A DNA stretch of 64,000 nt from an uncultured Microthrixaceae bacterium (GTDB taxonomy: Bacteria > Actinomycetota > Acidimicrobiia > Acidimicrobiales > DATDAH01): positions 36,632-100,631 of the forward strand of contig CAZWMT010000015.1 of the NCBI GenBank assembly GCA_964635055.1, written 5' to 3'. The notes under the pieces were generated by a model that ran no database searches, was not told where the DNA came from, and was given only the letters and a program-made list of their open reading frames with translations. A program made the position numbers and the translations under genes. Positions within the stretch are counted from its first letter, which is position 1; each line of letters begins with the position of its first letter. Positions 27,052-36,447 of the stretch are shown piece after piece.

Positions 27052-28437
27052 ATGCACACCGACCAGCCGACGGTCACTGAGGGGCGCATGGTCACGCGCG
27101 AGCTGGCCACGTGGGTGTCCGATCTGCAGCCCGAGGACGTCCCCGACGAGGTGCTCGAGGAAGCGGGCTCGGCGCTCGCCGACTTCCTTGGTGAATGCCT
27201 CTTCGTCGGCGGCACCAAGGCCTGGGGTCAGTCCATCGCCGCCTTCTGTGCGCAGAACGGCGGCGGCCAGCCCGAGGCGACCATCATCGCCACCGGCGAG
27301 CGCACCCTCGCCGCCCGGGCGGCGATGGCCAACGGCACCATGGCCCTGGGATTCGAGTTCGCCGACTTCGGCGCCGGCAGCCGTCCCTATCCCTTCGCGG
27401 TCACGGCCCCACTGGCCGTCGCCGAGTCCCACCACTGCTCGGGCCGCGACCTCGCCGTCGCCATCGTGATCGGGTACGAGGTGATGGGCCGGATCTTCCG
27501 GTCGACCTTCGAGAAGACCATCCCGTTCTACGTCCCCTCCGTCTACGGCACGCTCGGTGGCGCCGCCGGCTGCGCCTGGCTCCTCGCACTGTCCCCGCAG
27601 CACGCGACCTATGCCCTCGGCCTGGCCGCCGCCTTCACCGGCGGCACCTTCCAGGGGCACGAAGAAGGGGCGTGGCAGCGGTCGCTGAACGGGGGCATGG
27701 CGGGGGAGCGGGCCGTCACCGCCGCCTTGCTGGCGGAGACCGGCTTCGTGGCCACCGAACTCGGCCTCGAAGGCGTCCAAGGATTCGCCGCCAGCTACAC
27801 GAACGGACACCTCGATCCCAGTGCGCTCCTCGACGGGCTGGGCGAGTCGTGGATCATCACCGGCCGCTGGGTGAAGCGGTACCCCATGAACACGACGCTG
27901 CACGCCCCCGTCGATGCGCTGCTGGCTGTGATGGCCGAGCACGACCTCGACCACACCGACATCGAGGAGATCGACGCCGCCTGGCAGCGGGTCGAGCCGT
28001 TCCTCGCCAAGAAGCAGGTGTCGACCGTGGTCAGCGCCCAGGCCAGCCTGCCCTTCGCCCTGGCCGTCGCCGCCGTGCGCGGGAAGGTGGGCGTGGACGA
28101 GTTCACCGACGAGACCGTCGCCGACCCCACGGTCCAGGCGATGGTCGGCCGTACCGCCGTCCATCAGGACCTGGACCTCTACGCCAAGGTCACGAACTCC
28201 ATGCCGGGGCGGGTCACCGTGCGGACCACGGACGGCCGCGAGCTGACCCACGAGGTGCTGTACCCCAAGGGAAACCCCGCCAACCCGCTCACCGAGGACG
28301 AGTTCAAGGCCAAGTTCATGGACATGGCCGAGCGGGTCCTCGGCCACGGCCAGGCCGACGAGCTCTACGGCCACTCCCGAGACCTTCTCTCCGTCGGCGA
28401 CGTCGCCGACCTGACCCCCTTGTTCAGCCCGAGATGA
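27052..28437 (+). CDS. MmgE/PrpD family protein (paralog 1)
   Basis: 461 aa with an AGGAGGGG RBS. N-terminus LATWVSDLQPEDVPDEVLEEAGSALADFLG; C-terminus YPKGNPANPLTEDEFKAKF is typical of the PrpD family. Confidence 0.9.
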   Translation: MHTDQPTVTEGRMVTRELATWVSDLQPEDVPDEVLEEAGSALADFLGECLFVGGTKAWGQSIAAFCAQNGGGQPEATIIATGERTLAARAAMANGTMALGFEFADFGAGSRPYPFAVTAPLAVAESHHCSGRDLAVAIVIGYEVMGRIFRSTFEKTIPFYVPSVYGTLGGAAGCAWLLALSPQHATYALGLAAAFTGGTFQGHEEGAWQRSLNGGMAGERAVTAALLAETGFVATELGLEGVQGFAASYTNGHLDPSALLDGLGESWIITGRWVKRYPMNTTLHAPVDALLAVMAEHDLDHTDIEEIDAAWQRVEPFLAKKQVSTVVSAQASLPFALAVAAVRGKVGVDEFTDETVADPTVQAMVGRTAVHQDLDLYAKVTNSMPGRVTVRTTDGRELTHEVLYPKGNPANPLTEDEFKAKFMDMAERVLGHGQADELYGHSRDLLSVGDVADLTPLFSPR

Positions 28438-28478
28438 CCAACCGACGACGACCGGGTCCGAGTGGCCGCCGACCGACC

Positions 28479-28529
28479 GTTTCTGGCTCCCGATTCGATC
28501 GCCACCACGGTCGAATCGGGAGCCAGAAC
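28479..28529. repeat. Hairpin repeat family, copy 2 (intergenic)
   Basis: TTCTGGCTCCCGATTCGA (28481-98), loop TCGCCACCACGG, then TCGAATCGGGAGCCAGAA (28511-28). It lies 42 nt after the PrpD-1 stop and 48 nt before the LeuC-like start. Confidence 0.85.
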
Positions 28530-28576
28530 GACCGCCGTGGGCTCGGCCTCATCACGCAGGACGCAGGAGCCGCCGA

Positions 28577-29812
28577 ATGGGCATGAACGCCATCGAGAAG
28601 ATCCTGGCCAACCACTCCGAACAGGACACGGTCGCCCCCGGCGACGTGGTGATGGTCGACGTCGACGTCACCGTGCAGTTCGACTCCTCGCGAGCGGACA
28701 TCCTGAAGGTGGCGAAGCCCGACAAGCTCGTCCTGCTGCACGATCACGTCGTGCCGGCCCCCACGGTGATGGCGGCCAACCACGCGAAGAAGATGCGCGA
28801 GTTCGTCGAGCGCTTCGACATCGAGCACTACTTCCCGGTGGGCCAGCACGGCATCAGCCACGTGCTCGTCGCCGACCAGGGCTACGCCCTGCCGGGCCAG
28901 ATCCTCGTCAACGCCGACTCGCACACCTGCTCGTCGGGCGCGATGAACTGCCTCGCCCGCGGCATGGGCCCGTCCGAGATGCTCTACATCATCTGCAAGG
29001 GCCAGACCTGGTACCTGGTGGGCGAGACGACGAAGGTCGTGCTCGAAGGCGAACTGCCCGAGCGGGTCTACCCCCGTGACGTCATCCACTACATCCCGGG
29101 CCAGTACGGCGACTTCGCCGGCCGGAACCTCGAGTGGCACGGCGACGGCCTCTCCACCATCGGCATCGACGGGCGGCTGACGATGGCGACCATCTCCGCC
29201 GAGCTCTCCGCAGAGTTCTCGCTCTTCCCCTACGACGACGTCCTCGCCGAGCACCTCGAGGGCCGCAACCAGTGGGCCTTCGAGCCCGCGCACCCCGACG
29301 ACGACGCGACCTACGACACCACCATCACGGTGAACCTGTCCGAGCTCGAGCCCCAGGTGGTCCTCCCCAACAAGGTCGCCTGGAACTCCAAGCCCGCCCG
29401 GGAGGTCGCGGCCGACGGCATCAAGGTCGACCAGGCCTTCATCGGGTCGTGCGCAAACGGTCGCCTCAGCGACTTCGCCATCGCCGCCGAGATCATGGAG
29501 GGCCGCCAGGTCACACCCGGCACCCGCATGATCGTGACGCCCGGTAGCCAGGACATCCTGGGCAAGGCCATCAAGGCCGGTTACGTGTCGACCCTGATGG
29601 ACGCCGGCGCGGTCGTCACCAGCTCCACCTGCGGCGCCTGCTACGGCGGCCACATGGGCCTGCTGGCCGACGGCGAGGTGTGCATCACGGCCTCGACCCG
29701 CAACTTCCAGGGGCGGATGGGTAGCCCCAAGGCGAGCGTCTACATGGGCTCGCCCGCCACCGTGGCCGCCTCCGCCATCACCGGCGTGATCACCGATCCG
29801 AGGGACCTCTGA
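28577..29812 (+). CDS. Aconitase-fold dehydratase large subunit (LeuC/HacA-like)
   Basis: 411 aa. MNAIEKILANHS..., DSHTCSSGAMN, and a GSCANGRLSDF...CGACYGGHMG cluster-ligand region. Confidence 0.9.
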   Translation: MGMNAIEKILANHSEQDTVAPGDVVMVDVDVTVQFDSSRADILKVAKPDKLVLLHDHVVPAPTVMAANHAKKMREFVERFDIEHYFPVGQHGISHVLVADQGYALPGQILVNADSHTCSSGAMNCLARGMGPSEMLYIICKGQTWYLVGETTKVVLEGELPERVYPRDVIHYIPGQYGDFAGRNLEWHGDGLSTIGIDGRLTMATISAELSAEFSLFPYDDVLAEHLEGRNQWAFEPAHPDDDATYDTTITVNLSELEPQVVLPNKVAWNSKPAREVAADGIKVDQAFIGSCANGRLSDFAIAAEIMEGRQVTPGTRMIVTPGSQDILGKAIKAGYVSTLMDAGAVVTSSTCGACYGGHMGLLADGEVCITASTRNFQGRMGSPKASVYMGSPATVAASAITGVITDPRDL

Positions 29813-30360
29813 TGGCGGCCGCTGGTAGGACGTTCACCGGGAAGGTGTGGATCTTCGGCGACGACATCAACACCGACCTCGTCATCCCCAACTTCGCCGT
29901 GCTCTTCCCCCTCGAGGAACAGCTCGAGCACTGCTTCTCGGCCAACCGGCCCGGGTGGGTGGACGAGGTGCAGGCCGGCGACGTGCTCGTCGTGGGCCGG
30001 AACTTCGGGGTCGGCTCGGCCCGCAACATCGGGGCGGTCTTCGAGGCGCTCGGCATCGCCGGCGTCGTCGCCGAGTCGTTCAACGGTCTGGGCCTGCGCA
30101 ACTGCATCAACGCCGGCCTGCCCTCACTGCAATGCGCCGGCGTGACCGAGCTCTTCGCCGAGGGCGATGTGGCCGACGTCGACTGGACCACCGGCGTCGT
30201 GCGCAACACCACCACCGGCGCCACCGGACAGGGCGCCCCCATCCCGCCGCAGCTCCAAGACATCATCCTCGGCGGCGGCGTCGAGGGGGTGCTCCGCACC
30301 GAGGGCTACCTCGCCCCGCTGCCCGAGGTGGCCGTCACCGTCCCGGGCCGATCCGCATGA
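29812..30360 (+). CDS. Aconitase-fold dehydratase small subunit (LeuD/HacB-like)
   Basis: GKVWIFGDDINTDLVIP...GRNFGVGSARNIGA. The start overlaps the large-subunit stop. Confidence 0.85.
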   Translation: MAAAGRTFTGKVWIFGDDINTDLVIPNFAVLFPLEEQLEHCFSANRPGWVDEVQAGDVLVVGRNFGVGSARNIGAVFEALGIAGVVAESFNGLGLRNCINAGLPSLQCAGVTELFAEGDVADVDWTTGVVRNTTTGATGQGAPIPPQLQDIILGGGVEGVLRTEGYLAPLPEVAVTVPGRSA

Positions 30361-31739
30361 GCAGCTCATCCGCCGGCGCCGGCGGCCAGCGTTCCGTCAC
30401 CGAGCAGATCGCCGCCTGGGTCGTCGACGTCGACGGCGCCGACGTTCCGACCCTCGGCATCGAGCGGGTGCGCAACCTCGTGCTCGACTCGCTCGGCAAC
30501 CAGTTCGCGGGCATGGCCGTGTCCACCGGACGGCTGCTCAGTGAGTGGGTCCGGGCCCAAGGCGGCACGCCGACGTGCACCCTCACCGCCCAGGACTTCA
30601 AGACGACGCCGGCCTACGCCACGCTCGTCAACGGCGCCGCCTCGCACTCCCTCGAGAACGACGACATCGCCACCTTCTCCAGCCACCCGAACAGCCCCCT
30701 CACGGCGGCGTCGCTCGCGCTGGGAGAGAAGCTCGGCGCCTCCGGCCACGACGTCGCGGTCGCCTGGATGATCGGGTGGGAGGTCACCGCCCAGACCATG
30801 AAGGTGTGCCTCGGTCCCCGGGGCAACGAGCTCATCAACCGGGGGTGGTTCAACCAGGGCTTCCAGGAGACCCTCGGCGTCGCCGCCCTGGCCGCCCGTC
30901 TCCTCGGGCTCGACCTCGACCAGACCCGCATGGCGCTGGGCCACGCCGCCTCGGCCATGGGCGGGCTGATGAAGAACCGGGGCACCGACACCAAGGGGTT
31001 CACCGCGGGCAGTGCGGCCATGCACGGCGTCGTGGCCGCCGAACTGGCCGCCGCCGGCTTCACCGCCGACCGCGACATCCTCGACGGAGAGATCGGCGTT
31101 GCTCGGCTGCTCGGCCTCGAGCAGGGCGACCCCCAGCGCATGCTCGACGGGCTGGGGTCGTGGGACCTCGTCACCCGCGGCTCGACCATCCGGCTCTTCG
31201 CCTGCTGCGGCGCTTCGCACTGGAGCATGGACGCCCTGCAGCGGATCGTGCGGGACCAGCCGATCGACCCAGAGGACGTCGAGTCCATCGAGGTCGAGAT
31301 CCCCGAGTTCCTCACCGACATGGTGCCCATCCACGAGCCCGTCACCGGCCTCCAGGGGAAGTACAGCCTCGAGTACTGCCTCGCCACCATCGCCCTCGAC
31401 GGTCGGGCCGGGGTGTCGCAGTACACCGACGACGCCGTGCGGCGGCCGGAGGCCCAGGCGCTGATGGAGCGGGTCACCACAGTCCCCATGACCGACGGCG
31501 CGTACCAGAGCCGGGTGGTGCTGACCCTGCGCAACGGCGAGCAGCACGAGGTGACGAGCAACCGCTCCCACGGCAACCCCGCCGACCCCCTCACCCAGGA
31601 GGAGATCGTGGCCAAGTTCGACGAGTGCGCCGCTTCGGCGCCGGCCGCCCAGCGCGCCCGGGTGGTCGACCTGTGCAGCCGCCTCGAGGCCCTCGCCGAT
31701 GTCGGGGAGCTGGCCGAGGCCATCGGGGCGGTGCGCTGA
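30357..31739 (+). CDS. MmgE/PrpD family protein (paralog 2)
   Basis: ATGA overlap with the LeuD-like gene. IAAWVVDVDGADVPTLGIERVRNLVLDSLG; HGNPADPLTQEEIVAKF. Confidence 0.9.
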   Translation: MSSSSAGAGGQRSVTEQIAAWVVDVDGADVPTLGIERVRNLVLDSLGNQFAGMAVSTGRLLSEWVRAQGGTPTCTLTAQDFKTTPAYATLVNGAASHSLENDDIATFSSHPNSPLTAASLALGEKLGASGHDVAVAWMIGWEVTAQTMKVCLGPRGNELINRGWFNQGFQETLGVAALAARLLGLDLDQTRMALGHAASAMGGLMKNRGTDTKGFTAGSAAMHGVVAAELAAAGFTADRDILDGEIGVARLLGLEQGDPQRMLDGLGSWDLVTRGSTIRLFACCGASHWSMDALQRIVRDQPIDPEDVESIEVEIPEFLTDMVPIHEPVTGLQGKYSLEYCLATIALDGRAGVSQYTDDAVRRPEAQALMERVTTVPMTDGAYQSRVVLTLRNGEQHEVTSNRSHGNPADPLTQEEIVAKFDECAASAPAAQRARVVDLCSRLEALADVGELAEAIGAVR

Positions 31740-33403
31740 TGGCGTACGACCTGGTCATCCGTGGCGGTCGCATCGTCGACGGCACGGGGGCGCCGGCCTA
31801 CGACGGTGACGTCGCCATCGCCGGCGGGAAGATCGCCGCGCTGGGCGACACCGGCGATGCCGCGGCCGCCCGCACCATCGACGCCGCCGCCCACGTCGTG
31901 GCGCCCGGGTTCATCGACGCCCACACCCACTACGACGCCCAGCTCCTCTGGGACCCCTCCGCCAACCCGTCGACCGCCCACGGCATCACCACCGTCCTGC
32001 TGGGCAACTGCGGCTACACGCTGGCGCCGGTCCGGGCCGCCGACCAGGACTACCTGATGGGGCTCTTCGCCGCCGCCGAGGAGATCCCCAAGAGGGCGCT
32101 GCAGCAGTTCGCCCCGTTCGGGTGGGAGACCTTCGGCGAGTTCCTCGACTCGATGGCGGGCCGGGTGGGGATCAACGTCCTGACCCAGGTCGGTCACAGC
32201 GCCGTGCGCCGCTTCGTCATGGGTGACGCCGCCCTCGAGCGGGCCGCCACCGACGACGAGATCGCCGAGATGGTCGCCATCGTCGAGGCGGCGATGGACG
32301 CCGGCGCGGCCGGCATCAGCAGCAGCCAGGCGCCCCACCAACGCGGGGAGCTGGGCGAGCACATCCCCTCGTTCTTCGCCGAGCGGCCCGAGGTGGACGC
32401 CCTCGCGGAGGCGGTGCGCCGCAAGGGCAAGCGCCTGCTCTCGATCAACCCCGCCTCGAAGCGCAGCGGCATCACCGCGGAGGACCAGGCGCTCCTGGCC
32501 GACCTGGCCGAGCGCTCCGGCGCGGTCGTGTCGTGGAACGACTTCGGCATGGGCACACCAGACGGCGACGCGATGCTCGAGTTCATGGAGGCCGAGCTCG
32601 AGCGCGGCCACGAGATCTACGCCGTCGCCCGCTGCCAGCGCCCCGAGACCCGCTTCACCCTCAAGAAGCTGTCGGCGGTGTTCGCCACCTCCGAGCCGTG
32701 GGTCGACCTGTCCCGCATGGATCCGGACGAGAAGCTCGCCGCCCTCGCCGACCCCGAGTGGCGGGACCGTCTCGGCGAGTTCTGGGGCACGGCCAAGTTC
32801 ATGGTCAATGCCTCGGTCGAGAAGGGCGCCACCGCCGAGACCCAGGCGCTCGAGGGTCGCCTGCTCGTCGACATCGCCGAGGAGCGGGGCGTGACCCCCT
32901 CCGAGGTGATGTTCGACACCGCCATCGCCGACGGGCTCGAGACCTACTTCCGAATCGCCGGCCCGGTCGACATGGACGAGTCCCGGCTGGAGCGCATCCT
33001 CAAGAGTCCGGCCACCCTCGTGGGCATCTCCGACGGCGGCGCCCACCTCCAGACCTTCGCCGGCGGCGACTACACCTCCTACTTCCTGGCCCACTGGGTG
33101 CGAGAGAAGCGCGCCTTCACGCTGGAAGAGGGTGTGGCCGCGCTGAGCTCGCGCGTCGCCGAGTTCCTCGGGCTCACGGACCGGGGCACGCTCGAGGTCG
33201 GCCAGGCCGCCGACGTGGTGGTCTTCGACCCCGACACCGTCGAGCCCCTCGCCCTCCAGACGCTGGACGACATCCCCGGCGGCGGCACCCGCATGACCAA
33301 GAACGCCCGGGGCATCCCGTGGGTGCTGGTCAACGGCGAGCCCGTGGTCGAGTCCGGCGAGGCCACCGCCGCCGTCCCCGGCACGGTCCTCGGTCGGGAC
33401 TGA
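31739..33403 (+). CDS. N-acyl-D-amino-acid deacylase (D-aminoacylase) family amidohydrolase
   Basis: YDLVIRGGRIVDGTGAPAYDGDVAIAGGKIAALG...APGFIDAHTHYD. The start overlaps the PrpD-2 stop. Confidence 0.85.
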   Translation: MAYDLVIRGGRIVDGTGAPAYDGDVAIAGGKIAALGDTGDAAAARTIDAAAHVVAPGFIDAHTHYDAQLLWDPSANPSTAHGITTVLLGNCGYTLAPVRAADQDYLMGLFAAAEEIPKRALQQFAPFGWETFGEFLDSMAGRVGINVLTQVGHSAVRRFVMGDAALERAATDDEIAEMVAIVEAAMDAGAAGISSSQAPHQRGELGEHIPSFFAERPEVDALAEAVRRKGKRLLSINPASKRSGITAEDQALLADLAERSGAVVSWNDFGMGTPDGDAMLEFMEAELERGHEIYAVARCQRPETRFTLKKLSAVFATSEPWVDLSRMDPDEKLAALADPEWRDRLGEFWGTAKFMVNASVEKGATAETQALEGRLLVDIAEERGVTPSEVMFDTAIADGLETYFRIAGPVDMDESRLERILKSPATLVGISDGGAHLQTFAGGDYTSYFLAHWVREKRAFTLEEGVAALSSRVAEFLGLTDRGTLEVGQAADVVVFDPDTVEPLALQTLDDIPGGGTRMTKNARGIPWVLVNGEPVVESGEATAAVPGTVLGRD

Positions 33404-33437
33404 GGGCCGACCGTGACCCCGCCCGCGGTCCTCCGTC

Positions 33438-33487
33438 GTTCTGGCTCCCGTTTCGATCGCCCGAGCGGTCGAAACGGGAGCCAGAAC
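33438..33487. repeat. Hairpin repeat family, copy 3 (intergenic)
   Basis: GTTCTGGCTCCCGTTTCGA, loop TCGCCCGAGCGG, then TCGAAACGGGAGCCAGAAC. Relative to copy 2, an A-T pair in the stem is swapped to T-A on both arms. Confidence 0.85.
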
Positions 33488-33504
33488 GGATCGGTTCGAG
33501 GCTG

Positions 33505-35148
33505 ATGGCGCGGACGCTGCCGGTCCTGCGGGACTGGAACCGCTCCTTCTGGACCTCGGGGGAGGACGGGCGCCTTCGCTTCCAGAGCTGCGAGCAGTGC
33601 GACCGCCTCCAGCACCCGCCGGCGCCGGTGTGCCGGTCGTGCGGCGGCGACGACCTCGCCCCACGGGCGGTGTCGGGCCGGGCGGTCGTGCAGGGGCACA
33701 CCACGAACCTGCAGCCGTGGTCAGCAGACCAGCGCGACCCCTACGTCGTCGCGGTGGTCGCCATCGAGGAGGACCCCCGCGTCCGGCTCACCACGAACCT
33801 GGTGCACTGCGCGCCCGAGGCGGTCGAGGTGGGCCTGCCCGTCCGCGTCGTGTTCGACCACGTCGAGGACGTCTGGGTGCCCGACTTCGAGCCGAGCGGC
33901 GAGCCGGTCGAGCCGCTGGTGGACGACGAGCGGGAGATCGAGCGCATCCGCTCGGTCCGGCCGATGGTCGGCACCGACAACTTCGAGGACCGGGTGGCGC
34001 TCACGGGCATCGGGCGCTCCGAGATCGGGCGGAAGCTCATGCGGGCGCCGCTGTCCCTCACGGTCGACGCTGTCCGAGCCGCGGTCGCCGACGCCGGCCT
34101 GACCATGGACGACATCGACGGCCTGTCCACCTACCCCGGCACGCCGGCCGAGGGTGGCTACGCCGAGGGCGGCGTCGGCGCGCTCGAGGCCGTGCTCGGC
34201 ATCCGCCCGACCTGGCACAACGGTGGCCAGGAGGTGCCGGGCGCGACCGGTTCGCTCATCGCCGCCATGCTGGCGGTGGCCAGTGGCCTGTGCCGCCACG
34301 TGGTCTGCTTCCGCACCGTGTGGCAGTCGAGCTTCGGCGCGCTCGCCAAGCGGGGCGAGGTGGCCGGCGCCGGACCGCAGCGGGCGTCGGGGATGACCGA
34401 GTACCAGGCGCCGTTCGGGGCGCAGGCGGTCCACGCCGTCGCGATGGCGGCGTCGCAGCACATGGCCCGGTACGGCACCACCCGCGAGACCCTCGGCTGG
34501 ATCGCCCTCAACGCCCGCGCCAACGCCGCCCTCGACCCGACCGCGCTCTACCGCGACCTGCTGACCATGGACCAGTACCTCGACGCCCGGCCCATCTCGA
34601 CGCCGTTCGGTCTGTTCGACTGCGACGCCCTCTGCGACGGCGCCGTGGCCGTGGTCGTGTCGGCCGTCGACGCCGCCGCCGACGCGCCGCACCCCGTCTA
34701 CGTCGAGGCCACGGGCTCTCAGATCACCGAGCGGATGGAGTGGGACCAGGGCGTGCTCAGCCACGAGCCCCACGTCCTCGGCCCCGCCGCCCACGTCTGG
34801 ACCCGTACCACGCTGCGTCCCGAGGACATCACCGTGGCCGAGCTCTTCGACGGCTTCAGCTTCAACTGCCTGTCCTGGATCGAGGCCCTCGGCTTCTGCG
34901 AGGTGGGCGAGGCGAAGGAGTTCCTCGACGGCGGCAAGAACATCGCCCTCGACGGCCTGCTCCCGGTCAACACCCACGGCGGGCAGCTCTCGCACGGCCG
35001 CACCCACGGCATGGGCCTCGTCCACGAGGCCGTCACCCAGCTGCGGGGCGCCGGCGGCGACCGCCAGGTCGCCGACGCCACCACCGCCATCGTCACCAGC
35101 GGCGGCCTCACCCCCGGCAGCGTCCTGCTCCTCAGGAGGGACCCATGA
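33505..35148 (+). CDS. Fusion protein: DUF35 OB-fold/Zn-ribbon (N-terminal) + SCP-x/Ltp-type thiolase (C-terminal)
   Basis: N-terminus CEQCDRLQHPPAPVCRSCGG. C-terminus NTHGGQLSHGRTHGMGLVHEAVTQLRGAGG. The upstream part of listed ORF 32533.. is the wrong frame of the aminoacylase gene. Confidence 0.85.
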   Translation: MARTLPVLRDWNRSFWTSGEDGRLRFQSCEQCDRLQHPPAPVCRSCGGDDLAPRAVSGRAVVQGHTTNLQPWSADQRDPYVVAVVAIEEDPRVRLTTNLVHCAPEAVEVGLPVRVVFDHVEDVWVPDFEPSGEPVEPLVDDEREIERIRSVRPMVGTDNFEDRVALTGIGRSEIGRKLMRAPLSLTVDAVRAAVADAGLTMDDIDGLSTYPGTPAEGGYAEGGVGALEAVLGIRPTWHNGGQEVPGATGSLIAAMLAVASGLCRHVVCFRTVWQSSFGALAKRGEVAGAGPQRASGMTEYQAPFGAQAVHAVAMAASQHMARYGTTRETLGWIALNARANAALDPTALYRDLLTMDQYLDARPISTPFGLFDCDALCDGAVAVVVSAVDAAADAPHPVYVEATGSQITERMEWDQGVLSHEPHVLGPAAHVWTRTTLRPEDITVAELFDGFSFNCLSWIEALGFCEVGEAKEFLDGGKNIALDGLLPVNTHGGQLSHGRTHGMGLVHEAVTQLRGAGGDRQVADATTAIVTSGGLTPGSVLLLRRDP

Positions 35149-36416
35149 ACCTCGACGACATGATCATCCTCAGCATCGACGACCACGTCGTCGAGCCGCC
35201 GGACCTCTTCGACGGCCACCTGCCCGCCGCCTACCGCGACCGGGCGCCGCGCCTGGTGCGTGACGCCGACGGCAAGGAGCACTGGGAGTTCGAGGGCAAG
35301 GAGTTCGGCATCTTCGGGCTCAACGCCACCGTCTCGTGGCCCAAGGAGGAGTGGGGCCTCAACCCCAGCGCGCTGGCCGAGATGCGCCCTGCCGCCTACC
35401 TGGTGGACCAGCGCATCGACGACATGAACCGCAACGGGGTGCTGGCGTCGATGTGCTTCCCGAGCCTGCCCGGCTTCAGCGGGCGCCGCTTCCAGGAGGC
35501 CGACGACAAGGACCTCGCCCTCGTGATGCTCAAGGCCTACAACGACTGGAGCATCGACGAGTGGTGCGCCTCGCACCCAGGCCGCTTCATGCCCCTTGCG
35601 ATCGGACCCGCCTGGGACATGGACGAGATGGTGGCCGAGCTCAAGCGGGTGTCGGCCAAGGGCTGCCGGGCGGTCAGCATGCCCGAGCTGCCCCACATCC
35701 AGGGCCTGCCCAGCTACCAGAGCGACTACTGGGATCCCTTCTTCCGGGCGGTGTGCGACGAGGGGATGGTGATGTGCCTGCACATCGGCATGGGGCTCGA
35801 CGCCATCGACATGGGCCCCGACTTCTCCATGGACAACTTCATGGTGCTCGCCACCCAGGTCACGGTGCTGGCGGTGCAGGATCTGCTGTGGGGGCCGGCC
35901 ATGCGCGCCTACCCCGAGCTGAGGATCGCCTTCTCCGAGGGTGGCATCGGCTGGATGCCGTTCCTGATGGACCGGGTCGATCGCCACTACGAGAACCAGA
36001 AGTGGACCGGCCAGGACTTCGGCGGGAAGCTGCCGAGCGAGGTGTTCCGCGAGCACAGCCTGGCCTGCTTCATCTCCGACCCGACCTCGCTGAAGCTCTA
36101 CGCCGACATCGGGATCGACAACATCGCCTTCGAGACCGACTACCCCCACTCGGACTCGCTGTGGCCCGACGCGCCCGAGGTGCTGCTCGAGCAGTGCAAC
36201 GGCGCTGGCCTGTCCGACGAGGACATCGACAAGATCAGCTGGAAGAACGCAGCCCGGTTCTGCGACCACGACCCGTTCGCGGTGATCCCGCGCGAGCAGG
36301 CCACGGTGGGCGCGCTCCGTGCCCAGGCGACCGACGTCGACACGTCGACGGTCTCGCGGGCCGAGTGGCGGGCCCGCTACGAGGCCGACCCGACCTACGA
36401 GGTGGCGCCGGCATGA
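35145..36416 (+). CDS. Amidohydrolase-2 family protein (paralog 2)
   Basis: ATGA overlap. MIILSIDDHVVEPPDLF...; FETDYPHSDSLWP. Confidence 0.85.
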   Translation: MNLDDMIILSIDDHVVEPPDLFDGHLPAAYRDRAPRLVRDADGKEHWEFEGKEFGIFGLNATVSWPKEEWGLNPSALAEMRPAAYLVDQRIDDMNRNGVLASMCFPSLPGFSGRRFQEADDKDLALVMLKAYNDWSIDEWCASHPGRFMPLAIGPAWDMDEMVAELKRVSAKGCRAVSMPELPHIQGLPSYQSDYWDPFFRAVCDEGMVMCLHIGMGLDAIDMGPDFSMDNFMVLATQVTVLAVQDLLWGPAMRAYPELRIAFSEGGIGWMPFLMDRVDRHYENQKWTGQDFGGKLPSEVFREHSLACFISDPTSLKLYADIGIDNIAFETDYPHSDSLWPDAPEVLLEQCNGAGLSDEDIDKISWKNAARFCDHDPFAVIPREQATVGALRAQATDVDTSTVSRAEWRARYEADPTYEVAPA

Positions 36417-36447
36417 GCCGCCCGCCGACCCACGGCAGGATGCGGGG

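Noticed and set aside
18291-33487. Whether the hairpin repeats are a CRISPR array.
   Set aside because: The three copies are 5-10 kb apart and are not regularly spaced by short spacers. One is inside a CDS, and no cas genes are in the window.
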